A stretch of 63,988 bases of DNA, filler included, from Pirum gemmata (taxonomy: Eukaryota): NCBI GenBank assembly GCA_002812295.1. It is 16 parts of 16 records of this genome, joined end to end, with 100 filler letters (N's around TTAATTAATTAA, not from the genome) between each part and the next. Parts side by side here need not be neighbours in the genome. Positions count along the whole stretch, not along the records: positions 22,711 to 26,435 come from PDIN01002078.1; positions 26,536 to 30,938 come from PDIN01002079.1; positions 31,039 to 34,755 come from PDIN01002080.1; positions 34,856 to 38,550 come from PDIN01002081.1; 12 more parts are not named here. The stretch is one strand, 5' to 3'. Positions 24,401 through 36,682 of this stretch are shown here, one piece after another (the first letter of the stretch is position 1; every line of letters starts with the position of its first letter). Both the position numbers and the translations under genes were made by a program. Under the pieces are notes generated by a model that saw only the letters and a program-made list of their open reading frames with translations, was not told where the DNA came from and did not search any database.

Positions 24401-25334
24401 TTTCAGTACCTTTTCCTTTTATTCAAGTTAGGATCCCCCCCGAAAGTTGCATATTTTTTGGGCTTATTGCAGTTGTATATTTTTTAAGCAAAAACTCGAA
24501 CATGAATTGTTTAGAAAATTATATATATTTTTAAGCATCATAATTGTTAAATATGTTAGAAATTGGTTCAAAAATGTTTTAAAAAATGTTCTATATTATC
24601 AACAGTTATATAAATAAGGGTGTTTGACCGTGACGTCATCCGTATTTTTTTTTCTGGCGGATGCTCTATAGTACTTGTTAGTGCATTTTTACTAATTAAT
24701 TTTTTTGACTAACCACGGTTTTTTTTTGATCGATCTTTTTTCAGTATCGAACGTCCTATTTTTTTATATGAAAACTGAGAGGGCTTTGCGATAAAAGGTG
24801 TGTTTTTTCGCAAAAGAGTGCACTAATTTAACGTTAGTTAACGATTTTTTTTACTAACTGTGGTTAGTACATTGTAAAAAAAAATCGAACGAGCTTTTTT
24901 TTTGTTCACTCGTTCATTTATTGTTTGGTTAAAAAAAAGAGTTTGCTAACTAACGTTGGTTAGTGCATTTTTGCGCAAAAATAAAAGATATATGAGAGGT
25001 GCGTATGACGTTATTAAATAATTAATGAAAATCTCAAAAAAAAATCGCAATTTTATTGCGCACTGGTTAGTGACACTCTTTCCAAATAAGGTAATTTTAT
25101 TAATTAAAATTAGGTCTAAAATCTCGTTTCAATTTTTCCAAATCTATAGTATTTGCGCCTTTTTTTAAAAAAAGTTTGGAAAATTTCGCTATTTCGGCGC
25201 TGTGGGCTATTTGAACTAAGTCTTTGAAGCCTGTTTGTGAGATCAGAGAGCGAGAGATACCTCAGATTACCTCTCTACGTGAACTGGGAAAAAATTCCAA
25301 AAAATTGGGAACCAAATAATGAATAAAATAAATA

Positions 25335-25365
<31 letters not shown>

Positions 25366-25478
25366 AAATATATACATACATACATATATACATACATAAA
25401 TAAATGAATAAATAAATAAATAAATAAATAATGACTATATAGAACTATACCAAAAAGCATTTGTTTCGAATTCGTAAT

Positions 25479-25647
25479 ATGGATACTAGTGAAATAAATA
25501 TGGAAGGCTTAAGGGGAGCAATGAAACATGGGCATTCAGATTACTTAGAGGAAACCCCCTTCAAACGACAATGTCCAACAATGGATAATGATCACTTTAA
25601 TAATATCAATAACAATAACAATAACAACAATAATAATAATAATACTA

Positions 25648-25707
<60 letters not shown>

Positions 25708-26177
25708 GTGGAAAAACTAGAATGATATATGATAGCGGTAAAATTGAACTACCAGCAAATCCTTTACAAGACGGACCACCCTCATTTAGCAGGTGCTTAA
25801 AAACATTGGTTTCATACAGGGTTAGCGTTAGAGTTAGGGTTAAAGTTAGGGTTAGGGTTAGGGTTGGGGTTGGGGTTAGCATTAGGGAATAAAGTTCATA
25901 TATAACTACATGGTCCACCAAGCCCTTCTTTCTTATTCTTTTGAAACTTTCGAAAATTGCATACACTTTTAATCTTTTATTGTTTCGGGTATTTTGTATT
26001 TTGTCTCTCGATATATTAATTCTTACTCGATTCCTACTTCCTACTCTTTTCTTTTGTTGATTTATTAGTGGAATCCCTTCTGCTTTCAGACCATTTGTGT
26101 ATGTCAAAGCAGCGAATTCTGTTTTTCATCGAGACGCAGTACCAACCATTTTAACAACTCCTAATAACACCAGAGAG
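25479..26177 (+). CDS. Hypothetical Asn-rich protein, predicted exons 25479-25792 and 26069-26177, 3'-incomplete
   Basis: ATG GAT ACT start; AG|GTGCTT donor and TTAG|T acceptor are phase-compatible (GPPSFSS-GIPSAFRPFVYVK...); exon 2 ends GAG|GTATAT. Confidence 0.6.
25817..25887 (+). repeat. Degenerate telomeric array inside the predicted first intron
   Basis: GTTAGC/GTTAGA/GTTAGG/GTTGGG units. Confidence 0.85.
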
Positions 26178-26230
26178 GTATATAAGTATAATTTTGTTTT
26201 TCGCTTTATTATTATTATTATTATTATTAC

Positions 26231-26264
<34 letters not shown>

Positions 26265-27337
26265 ATCATTTAAACTACAACTAATAACTCCAGAAGTATA
26301 TTTATATACATTATTGCTTTTGACTTTTTTTTGTTATTTACCAGGCTGTTGTTTTTGCTGTGGTTGTTATTGGTGGTGGTGGTGGTGGTGGTGGTGGTGT
26401 TAAGTTGTTGTTGTTGTTAAGTTGTTGTTGTTGTTNNNNNNNNNNNNNNNNNNNNNNNNNNNNNNNNNNNNNNNNNNNNTTAATTAATTAANNNNNNNNN
26501 NNNNNNNNNNNNNNNNNNNNNNNNNNNNNNNNNNNAATAATAATAATAATTCATAATTCATAATTAATTAGTAATGATAGCAATAAAACGATAGTATCAA
26601 CTGATAATAAACTACTGCTGCTGTTATACTACTACTGCTGTTATACTACTGCTGCTGTTGCTGCTACCAAGTTTCTACCCCATATTACCTCATGCTATCA
26701 ATACCACTCTGTCATACTACTATCATGATTTGTTGATATTATTTTTTAAAATATCATGATCATTTCTAGAATCTAGATTCTAGATAGAGCCTAGAAGTGC
26801 CTCTCAGAGTCTACTAGTCTAGAGCGTTTTTTTTTTTTTTTAACAAAAAAAAGTTTATTTTTTTTTAAAAAGACTGTTTATTAGTTTATTTTAGAAAAAA
26901 ACATTTTTTTGTAGACTTTTCCACTTACTAACCAATACTAATACAGTACTAGTACACTACTAATACCGCATTAGTGCAACAAATTTTCAACAAATTGCAA
27001 GAATAGCAGCAACAAATTGCCAACAATGGAAACGAATTTATAAGAAAGGCATTTTTATTGGTTGTTTTCATTTTTTTTATAAATAGAGTGGAAAAACCAA
27101 TGATAATACCGCATTAGTGCAACAAATTGTCAACACAACTCAAAAAAATTTCTCTTCCTATAGTATGTATGTCTTCCACTTTTTTTATTTTTTTCTCTAG
27201 TTATTTTTTTATCTTGTCNNNNNNNNNNNNNNNNTAATAATAATTATATGTAATTACTATTATTAATGATTTAATTATTCATAATAATTATCATATATAT
27301 TAATTTTTTAATAACATTTATTAATAATAAATAAAAA

Positions 27338-28201
27338 ATGAGTGACTTTAAATTTCAATATGAAAATGACCAGCAGATTATCACCAACACTGACGTTGAT
27401 AAAAATCAAATCACGAGCGCTGAATTTGATGAAAAACAAATCAAAGAAAAAAGGCGAGAAGAACTCAAACAAAAACACTTAGACACTTTAGGAAAATTAA
27501 GTTGGTTTAAGAGTGACGGTGAATTCTTATTAGCTTTTATAAAATTAAAACAATTAAATCAAGAACAGGATGTAGGTTTAAACGATTCGGAAAAAAAGGA
27601 GGAATTGTTTAAAATATTTAAAAATTCCAGAACGGTATTAGTAGACAAATACAACAATATTGGTTTAGTGTTGACTTTACTGATATCAGTTGTTATTCCT
27701 TTAGTAACTGCCCCTTTCCTAGGCCCAGGCCAAAGTTATATTAGATACAAAGAGTTTCATTTCCCAGCTTTTGTAGTTTATTTTTGTGGGTTTATATCTT
27801 GTATATGCGCTTTGGTTGGGATTTTATGGAGTTTGAAAGTGGTTTCGAAAATCCATTCTACTGTTTATAACATGCATAGTATGAAATTATTATTAGAAAA
27901 CAAGCAATATTTGTACTGGCCAGATATTTTGCAGTTTTATTGCTTGGTTTTCGCGTTTATCACTTGTGGTTGTGTTAGTTCCCAAATCACTCAGGATATT
28001 TTAGGAAGTTTAGATCCAAAAACACACACAAATCCAGGGAATGTTATTTTCCCGTGTTTTTTAGTGTTAGCATTGTTGTTATGGTTTAGTTTATCATTTT
28101 TAGAAAAGCGAGTGAGGTATATTGCGAGTGATCAACAATCTAAAATAGATCAACAGACACAATTCGGTACGAATTTTTCGACCTTCGTTAGAGGCCTTTA
28201 A
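27338..28201 (+). CDS. Multi-pass (about 4 TM) membrane protein, weakly PGG-domain-like; paralog of 28702-30856
   Basis: 287-aa intronless ORF, four hydrophobic segments; shared motifs LxWxKSxG, KxNNIxLVxTL, GP, ILWSxxVVSKxHSxVYN, LYxPxxLQF. Confidence 0.85.
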   Translation: MSDFKFQYENDQQIITNTDVDKNQITSAEFDEKQIKEKRREELKQKHLDTLGKLSWFKSDGEFLLAFIKLKQLNQEQDVGLNDSEKKEELFKIFKNSRTVLVDKYNNIGLVLTLLISVVIPLVTAPFLGPGQSYIRYKEFHFPAFVVYFCGFISCICALVGILWSLKVVSKIHSTVYNMHSMKLLLENKQYLYWPDILQFYCLVFAFITCGCVSSQITQDILGSLDPKTHTNPGNVIFPCFLVLALLLWFSLSFLEKRVRYIASDQQSKIDQQTQFGTNFSTFVRGL

Positions 28202-28701
28202 TAATAAAGTAAAGTAATTTTACTTTTTTGATATTATAATTAAAAAATGTACTGTTTTAAACATTATATTATATAGATAATATAATATTATGATATAAAT
28301 GCAATTTTTTACCATCATGCCAATTGTACCGAATTTTATTATTAATATTATTAATAATGATTATTAATATTATTATTGCTATTATTATGAAAATACAGTT
28401 TATTATTATTATTATTATTATTAATTATTATTATTATCATTATATTATTATTAATCAACAATATTTCAAAAACTGAATAAACTGATTTTGTTTTTCGAAA
28501 GTTATTAGTTTTTATAAATCTGCATAGGTTGGCTCACTAATCATACCCAGTGTAATGTTTTATAACTAATTTCTATTATTAATATTATTATAGTATATTA
28601 ATATATTTTTTCGGCGTAATTAAAAGATAAATAATTTTATTTTTCGAAAGCTATTAAAACGTTTAGATAATATTATCTACATAGTTTGGCTCATATTATT
28701 A

Positions 28702-30856
28702 TTATTTTGGTTGTTGCTGATAATTCATTTGTTGGAGTTGATTTGGCTGAAACCGCATTTGGGGACTGTTTGGGGATTGGGGATGTGGTTGGAATTGCAT
28801 TTGGGGGCTGTTTGGGGGCTGGGGTTGCGGCTGGAATCGCATTTGAGGGCTGTTTGGGGGCTGGGTTTGTGACTGGAACTGCATTTGGGGGCTAGTTGGG
28901 GTGTGTGGTTGTGGCTGGAACCGCATTTGGGGGCTGGTTGGGGGCTGGGGTGGCTGGTACATTGAATTTTGCTGGGGTTGTTGCTGGTATTGCATTTGTT
29001 GAAATTGCAGAAATTGTTGGAATAGCAGTTGTTGGTTTGGTGGTAGTTGCTGTGGTTGTGGCTGTGGTTGTGGTTGTGGTTGTGGTTGTGGTTGTGGTAG
29101 TTGTGGTAAATGTGGTGGTTGTGATTGTGGTAAATGTGGTGGTGGTGGTGGTTGAGGTTGAGGTTGAGGTTGAGGTTGAGGTTGAGGTTGTGGTTGTGGT
29201 TGTGGTTGAGGTTGAGGTTGAGGTTGTATGTGTTGTTGTAGTTGCAGTTGTGGTTCTAGCCCTTGTTGTGGTTGTGGCTGCTGTGGTGGTTGTTGCTGTT
29301 CTTGTTCTTGTTGTTCTTGTTGTTGTTCTTGTTGTTCTTGTTGTTCTTGTTGTTCTTGTTCTTGTTGTTCTTGTTGTTCTTGTTGTTCTTGTTGTTCTTG
29401 TTGTTCTTNNNNNNNNNNNNNNNNNNNNNNNNNNNNNNNNNNNNNNNNNNNNNNNNNNNNNNNNNTGTTGTTGTTGTTGTTCTTGTTCTTGTGGTTGTTG
29501 CTGTTCTTGTTCTTGTTGTTCTTGTTGTTGTTCTTGTTGTTCTTGTTGTTCTTGTTGTTCTTGTTCTTGTTGTTCTTGTTGTTCTTGTTGTTCTTGTTGT
29601 TCTTGTTGTTCTTGTTGTTCTTGTTGTTCTGGATCCATAATTACAGATCTTTCTTGTTGCATAGGTGGAATAACTTGCGGTTGCTGTGATAGCTGGGAAT
29701 AATATTGCGGCGGCTGTGTATGGGGTTGTACTTGCATTGGTTGTTGAAAATCGGGGTGTACTTGGTAAGTCTGAATTTCATCATCGATTTGAGAATTATC
29801 GATATTAAATTCAGAATCTTCTAATGCATGGAGTTCTTCTTGTTCTTTTCTCAATTTCTCTTCTTTGGCTAGATTTCGAATTAATTCTTGTTGTTGTGCT
29901 CGCTCTATATTTTTCTTCTCTTTTTCCCGCTCCTCTTTTTCTTGCATTCGCTGTGCATCAACTACATAAAGTTCCATTTTTTCTGTCATTTTATTTTCTT
30001 TTATCACCGTTCTTCTATTTGTTATTAGTTGTGATGCATCCAACTCGTCTAATGTATATTTTTGCATATGGTAGCGAGAAATTCTCTCTACGTAACATAG
30101 GACAATCCATGCAAGGATTAAAAGAATAAATGAAGTCCACATCAATCCATTCTTAATACCTTTGTATTGTACACTTTCGGTATCTGATCCACCAACCGAT
30201 TGTAATAACTTTAACGAAGCAAAACCAACACAAAGTAAACCAGAAATCATACTCCAGAATTGCAATAACTCAGGTATATATAAAAATTTGGGATCAGAAA
30301 GAAAAAGTTTTAAAGAATCCAGGTTGTAAACGTAACTATGTACTTTGGATACCACTCTAATAGACCATAAAATCGCCATTACTCCGCAAATGGAAGACGC
30401 AAAACCAAATACAAATGTATTAAAAGGTTCCCAATTAAACTTGTCGTTGGTAATAAAAACATCATCAGGACCCGGGAAAGTAGAAGTTACTATAGGAACA
30501 GTCATCGTTAAAAATAAAGTGGCAACCAAAGCAATATTGTTGAATTTAGTAATAATAGACTCCCTAACGCCTTCGTACATTTCTGCAAGTTTTTGATCTT
30601 TCTCGTGTGTAGTATATAAACTTTCTAAACCAGCTGTGTCGGCTTTAAGTTTGGCTTCGAAACTATAAATCATTTCCAAAACAATGGTACCTTCAGATTT
30701 CAACCAGTTCAAAGTTTTACTCTTCTTTGTAACAAATTTGTTTGCCTTTTCTTGGTGTTTGGGTGCTTTTCTTTCAGCCTTTTCTCGCTGCCTTTCCCTG
30801 CGGTTCCTCTTAATCTCATCTTTTCGTTGTTCAAACTGTTCATTACTATTATTCAT
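28702..30856 (-). CDS. Multi-pass membrane protein with coiled-coil and Q/E- and Q/P-rich tail; N gap at 29409-29465 shifts the apparent frame
   Basis: N-terminal 260 aa aligns by eye to 27338-28201; after the gap the QEQ/QPQ frame continues into the 28702-28995 ORF with PPNSPQMxFQPQ repeats. Confidence 0.82.
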
Positions 30857-31505
30857 TTTTGCTTATTAATTTATTGTTATTATTTTATTATTGCTGCAGA
30901 TAATTTAGTTTTTGAATCTTTTTTTTTTTTTTCGTTTANNNNNNNNNNNNNNNNNNNNNNNNNNNNNNNNNNNNNNNNNNNNTTAATTAATTAANNNNNN
31001 NNNNNNNNNNNNNNNNNNNNNNNNNNNNNNNNNNNNNNATAGATAATAAAATATACCAAATTAAATGAAATTGATTTATATTGTATTAATTTGGTACTAT
31101 TTATTTTATATTTTATGATGACCAAACAATTGAAAAGCACGATATGAAATACAAATTTATTAAAACATGTCCAATAGTACGTTTATTTCAGTTTTTGGAC
31201 TGAACAAAACCCCAACTAACTGACTAGATTGCAATTCTGCAATCATTATAAAAAATGTCAAAAAGAAAAACAAAAAAATTTGTGTTCGAAAAATTATAAG
31301 AGATAAGGAAAGAAAAGAAGATAAGAAAACTTTTAAGGCAGGAAAAAAAAAATTAAAAAAAAAATTGCCTTAAACATTTTTTATCAAGTATTTTTGTATT
31401 TAAGACGTAACTACGTTTTTGCCTAGCTTCGACTTTTATGTTTTTGTTTTTTCTTATTGAACTTGTTGACTTGTTTAGTTTTTTAAATAAGGTCCGCCCC
31501 GCCCG

Positions 31506-31721
31506 CTGGGAAATGCGGGAAAAATCATCGAATCGAGACAAGTTCGAAACTTTCAAAATTTTTCGATCTGATTTTTAAGTGTTAACTTACTTTTGATTTC
31601 TTAGAAATTTCATAGAAATAACTTGAAATTCGGAAAAAAAAAATATCATTTCAAAATTGTCACTATTTAATAATTAGTATCGAGCTGTTTCGATTCGATT
31701 ATGTTTTCCCGTATCTCCCAG
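31506..31721. mobile_element. MITE family D (about 30-bp TIR CTGGGARATRCGGGAAAA..ATCGAATCGA)
   Basis: Inverted ends; related copies at about 22300-22500 and 62577-62921. Confidence 0.82.
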
Positions 31722-31813
31722 GTTGCTAGGTTAGAATGGTAGCGCAAGCTGTAGGGTAAGGTAAGGGTTAGTGTATCGATAGTTGTAGTGTTGGGGTTGG
31801 GGTTGGAATATGA

Positions 31814-31944
31814 GTTAGGGTTAGGGTTAGGGTTAGGGTTAGGGTTAGGGTTATACTATTAGGGTTATTATTAGGGTTAGGATTAGGATTAGGGTTAGGG
31901 TTAGGGTTAGGGTTAGGGTTAGGGTTAGGGTTAGGGTTAGGGTT
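31814..31944 (+). repeat. Interstitial telomeric array with degenerate margins (about 31727-31997)
   Basis: Seen directly, beginning just after MITE D. Confidence 0.92.
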
Positions 31945-32540
31945 ATCATGGTTAGTTAGACTATGTTAGTTAGACGTAGAGTTAGGGAGGGTTAGAGTAA
32001 AAGTGCACTTATTTTTGTTTTGTTTTTTGATCGGTTTTTCAATTTTTACCTATAGCTATTATAATAAATGCATATTGTAAATAATATAGTAGTAGTAGTG
32101 GTGGTGGTGGTCGTGGTGGTGGTGGTGGTATTGCTAGTAGTGGTATTAGTAGTGGTAGTAGTTGTAGCTGTAGTTGTAGTTGTAGTAGTCGTATTATTAA
32201 ATAGTCGTAGTTGTAGTTGTAATATTAATAGTTGTAGTAGTTGTTTTTTTTCATTAATTAAAAATTTGTTTTGTATTAATAATTATTATCAATTTTATTT
32301 TTAAAATATCGTGGCCGATATTGAATCCTTTATTTAACAATCGTCGTGTTTTTGATTTTCAGTTTTGTGTGTTTTGTATTTTTTGTTGTTTATTTTTTGT
32401 TGTGTGTTTTTGTAGCAGTTGTTGTAGTCGTAATCGTAGTCGTAGTAGTAGTCGTAGTAGTAGTATTAATAGTAGTAGCTATAGTAGTAGTAGTAATCGT
32501 AGTAGTAGTCGTCGTCGTGGTAGTAGTAGTAATATTAAGA

Positions 32541-32582
<42 letters not shown>

Positions 32583-33029
32583 GTAGTAGTAGTAGTAGTA
32601 GTAGTAGTTGTAATAGTATACGTAGCTATATAGTAGTAGTAGTAGTAGTAATGATAATAGTGGCGGTGATGATGGCAGCGGTGGTGGTGGTAGAAGTAGT
32701 ATTGGTACTAGTAGAAGAAGTAGGAGTATTAATAGCTATAGGAATAATAATAATAATAGTGGTAGTGGTAGTGGTGGTGGTGGTAGTAGTAGTTAGTGGT
32801 GGTGGTGGTGGTGGTAATTAGTGGTGGTGGTGGTGGTAGTGATAGTAGTGTGGTAACCAAGTGGTTCACGTGGTGGTGGTGGTGGTACTAGCTAGTACTA
32901 GTAGTAATTATATTTATAATAATATATATAGTAGTAGTAGATAGTAGTGGGTATGTAGTAGTAGCAGTATCATAAAGTAGTAGTATCAGATAGTATATTA
33001 TAGTATAATATCTGGTGAGTTTTCATTTT

Positions 33030-33330
33030 GGTTAGGGTTAGGGTTAGGGTTAGGGTTAGGGTTAGGGTTAGGGTTAGGGTTAGGGTTAGGGTTAGGGTTA
33101 GGGTTAGGGTTAGGGTTAGGGTTAGGGTTAGGGTTAGGNNNNNNNNNNNNNNNNNNNNNNNNNNNNNNNNNNNNNNNNNNNNNNNNNNNNNNNNNNNNNN
33201 NNNNNNNNNNNNNNNNNNNNNNNNNTAGGGTTAGGGTTAGGGTTAGGGTTAGGGTTAGGGTTAGGGTTAGGGTTGGGTTAGGGTTAGGGTTAGGGTTAGG
33301 GTTAGGGTTAGGGTTAGTTAGGGTTAGGGT
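33030..33330 (+). repeat. Interstitial telomeric array (TTAGGG)n with N gap
   Basis: Seen directly. Confidence 0.93.
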
Positions 33331-33622
33331 CGAGACTAGTTCGAAATTGGGGACTAACATGTACACTAGTAGTACTACTACTTCCACTAACTACTAGCTA
33401 GACCGGTGCTTTTTTTTATTTTGTCACTCTTAAATATTTATTTGGAGGGTTATAATCTTTAAATTGACATTTTTAAATCAATAAATAGATAATAAAATAT
33501 ACCAAATTAAATGGATTTATATTGTATTTATTTGGTACTATTTATTGTATATTTTATGATGACAAAACAACTGAAAAGCACGATACTACTAGGACCCCGG
33601 TCTACAGTTAAATCAACCCAGT

Positions 33623-33685
33623 TCGAATTTTTCGGAATTATTCGGAATTTTTCGGAATTTTTCGGAATTTTTCGGAATTTTTCGA
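33623..33685 (+). repeat. 10-bp tandem repeat (TTCGGAATTT) x about 6
   Basis: Seen directly. Confidence 0.9.
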
Positions 33686-33882
33686 TCTAGACTCTAACAG
33701 ACTACAGAATCAGTTACAGATATAGACACTTTTAGCGACAAAAGTGTAAAATTGTGCGAATACTGGCACTTTTGTCGCTAAAAGATATATTATGATATTA
33801 TAAATATATAAATAATTACTAACACTAATACTCCCACTAGTAGCTACTACTACTACAGTTAAACCAACCTGAACTGCAATAT

Positions 33883-34074
33883 TTGTGGTTTGTGGTTTGT
33901 GGTTTGTGGTTTGTGGTTTGTGGTTTGTGGTTTGTAGTTTGTAGTTTGTGGTTTGTAGTTTGTAGTTTGTAGTTTGTAGTTTGTGGTTTAGGGTTTGTAG
34001 TTTGTGGTTTAGATACTGTAATATTATGTTGCAGTCGTACGGTTTTTCTTAAGCATCGTGTTGTATATTCGTTC

Positions 34075-34105
<31 letters not shown>

Positions 34106-34140
34106 GGTGTATTTTTGTGAATTATTATGTCATTTAATTA
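33883..34140. repeat. Direct duplicate of about 34525-34750, including (TTTGTRG)n heptamer array
   Basis: Shared AGATACTGTAATATTATGTTG...AGCATCGTGTTGTATATTCGTTCATATA...GTGAATTATTATGTCATT. Confidence 0.88.
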
Positions 34141-34298
34141 TTAATAATAATAATTTATAACTTCACTATGCATACTACTACCACTACAACAGGCTTTTAA
34201 TTTAGGATTAATTATTACATATATATAAGTTCACAAAAAAATTAATAATACTACTACTAGTACTAGTTTGAAATTACATTTAAATACTTAAATAATAC

Positions 34299-34478
34299 CT
34301 GAACTGGTGCACAAGTATTAGCTTGAGCATTGTTATTACAACTTAATAACTCAGTACAATCAGAATCACTATAAGTGCAAATTGTTTCTATCCCATCGTC
34401 ATTTTGAACTTCTTGACAATAGCAAGAAGCTATCAGATATAAAACAGTAAAAACAACATTCAAGGTTTTGATCATCAT
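34299..34478 (-). CDS. First exon of a secreted cysteine-containing protein
   Basis: Signal peptide MMIKTLNVVFTVLYLIASCYC, YSDSDC motif, 60 codons ending CAG|GTATTA. Confidence 0.7.
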
Positions 34479-36479
34479 GGTTGGTTTCGGTGGATGTAGG
34501 TTGATTGGTCGGTCAGTTGGTTTGTTTGTGGTTTGTGGTTTGTGGTTTGTAGTTTGTAGTTTGTAGTTTGTAGTTTGTAGTTTGTAGTTTGTGGTTTAGA
34601 TACTGTAATATTATGTTGTACTCGTACGGTTTATCTTAATATAAAATTAATTAATTAATATTTTCTTCAGCATCGTGTTGTATATTCGTTCATATATATA
34701 TATATGTGTGTGTATTTTTGTGAATTATTATGTCATTAATTATTATTATTATTATNNNNNNNNNNNNNNNNNNNNNNNNNNNNNNNNNNNNNNNNNNNNT
34801 TAATTAATTAANNNNNNNNNNNNNNNNNNNNNNNNNNNNNNNNNNNNNNNNNNNNTTGGTATCTACTATAATTAGACTTACTATTTTAAGCTATTTAACT
34901 GCTATTATTAGTAAAGAACAAGGTTGGCTCGATAAGCATCTATTCGAAAAAAGTTCCAGTAGACATCTCACCGAGAATACCCTATCATAGCTAGCTAGTT
35001 AGAATACCAGTATACACTATGCGCCTGGTGCGCGCGAATTTTCAAAGAATTATGATAGTTTATTATAATCAACAACGTGTTTACTACTGGTATCATACAA
35101 CTTGATAAAGAATATCCAGCAAGAATATAGCTAAGAATATCCTTTTTTTTTTTTTTATTTTAATAAATTTTTAAAAAAAAAAAAAATAAAAAAATAATAA
35201 TATGAGCATACATATACAGTGTACATATAGTATACATATACTTAAAACACTCTTAAAACCGATTATTAAAAGGTATCATATAATACATGTATCGATAATT
35301 AATTTTTTTTGTTAATATCATATGCATACTGCATAATATGAGCTATAATATGCATAATGCAGCATAACATTTATTTTCTGTTAGCTAGCGTCTGTCTGAT
35401 GCTACTAGCTGCTTAGCTAGCTGGTCTAAAATATCGATAAAACAACCTGAGAAAACGACCTGATATTAATAATATTATCCAACTATTATTATTATTCAAG
35501 GACTTCCAGCTGAGGACTTCATGATGATGATAAGATAACAAAATAAAATTAAAAAAGGCACCTCATTTATAATGTCATTTATTCATCTAAGTATACTACG
35601 ATAGCTAATTATATATTAATACATCATTGATAGTCCATAATACATCATGATTATATAATGTTATAAAACTGTTATATAACATAACATTAAATTTCCTTAA
35701 ATTCTTAATAAATGTATCATAATGTATCATAATGTATCATAATGACATTTAATTTAAAATACAAAATAAATGAATAAATTATGAACAAATTATGAACAAC
35801 ACTATATATAAAGTATAAAATATTAATCGTGAGAACTACCCCCATGATTTAATATTCCTATCTATTCAAAAAAATGTTTGCATTACGTTTGCATTGTTAA
35901 TTTTGGATAGATGGTACTCTATAGCTACTAGTTATCCATAGCAATCACCTAAGCGGTCTAGCTAGCTAGCTAGTAGTACTACGGCCTGGCTACGGCTACC
36001 TGGTGTATGTTTCAGTGGTAGACTATTTATTATTTTAAAACTAAATTTGGGGGTATGGAGTCTGACCGTGTGTGTGGGGGGGGTAATAGTTGGGGTAATA
36101 TTAAATTTTTTTGTGTAATAACAATCAAGTTGTATCAATGATAATGCAGTAAATGATAATACGTTGTTGTACACAGTACACTCGTTCTACGATACCAACA
36201 ATAACTATAAATGAGTTATAAATGATAGACATCGTGTTTTGAAAAATTCCTTTCCTAGCTGAAACCGAGTAAAAAATATGAATAATTTTAGAGTAATTTA
36301 TTGTCTATTATTACACTATTATTACTCTATTATTCGAATATTTTTTTTTTTTTAGCTCTGCTATTAAAGCCGGAAAAAATGTAGAAATCATTTTTTTTAG
36401 ACTTCTTTTCTAATAAAACCTTTTTTTAAAAAAAATTAATTCTAGCCAAATTATTTTTTTTTTAAAAAAAAATGTAGTA

Positions 36480-36682
36480 TCGTCTATTTCATTACAGTAA
36501 CTGTTGTCCTCTCAATTGTTAATTTGGTACTGTTTAAGGGTATAATTGAACATGTTTATAAAAAATAACATTAAATATAAAATACCAAAATAATTAAAAC
36601 CTACCCAATAGTTTAACCATAATAATAATTTGGTACGTTTATTTCAGTTTTTGAACTGGACAACACACTATTGAAAAACACA
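36480..36682 (+). mobile_element. MITE family E (ends TCGTCTATTTCA ... TGAAAAACAC), terminus related to family A
   Basis: Copies at about 177-323, 930-1090 (reverse), 51467-51557 (reverse, deleted); internal part amplified at 60873-61650. Confidence 0.72.

Noticed and set aside
28686..30994. Plus-strand ORFs overlapping the membrane-protein gene
   Set aside because: Antisense shadows of low-complexity coding sequence
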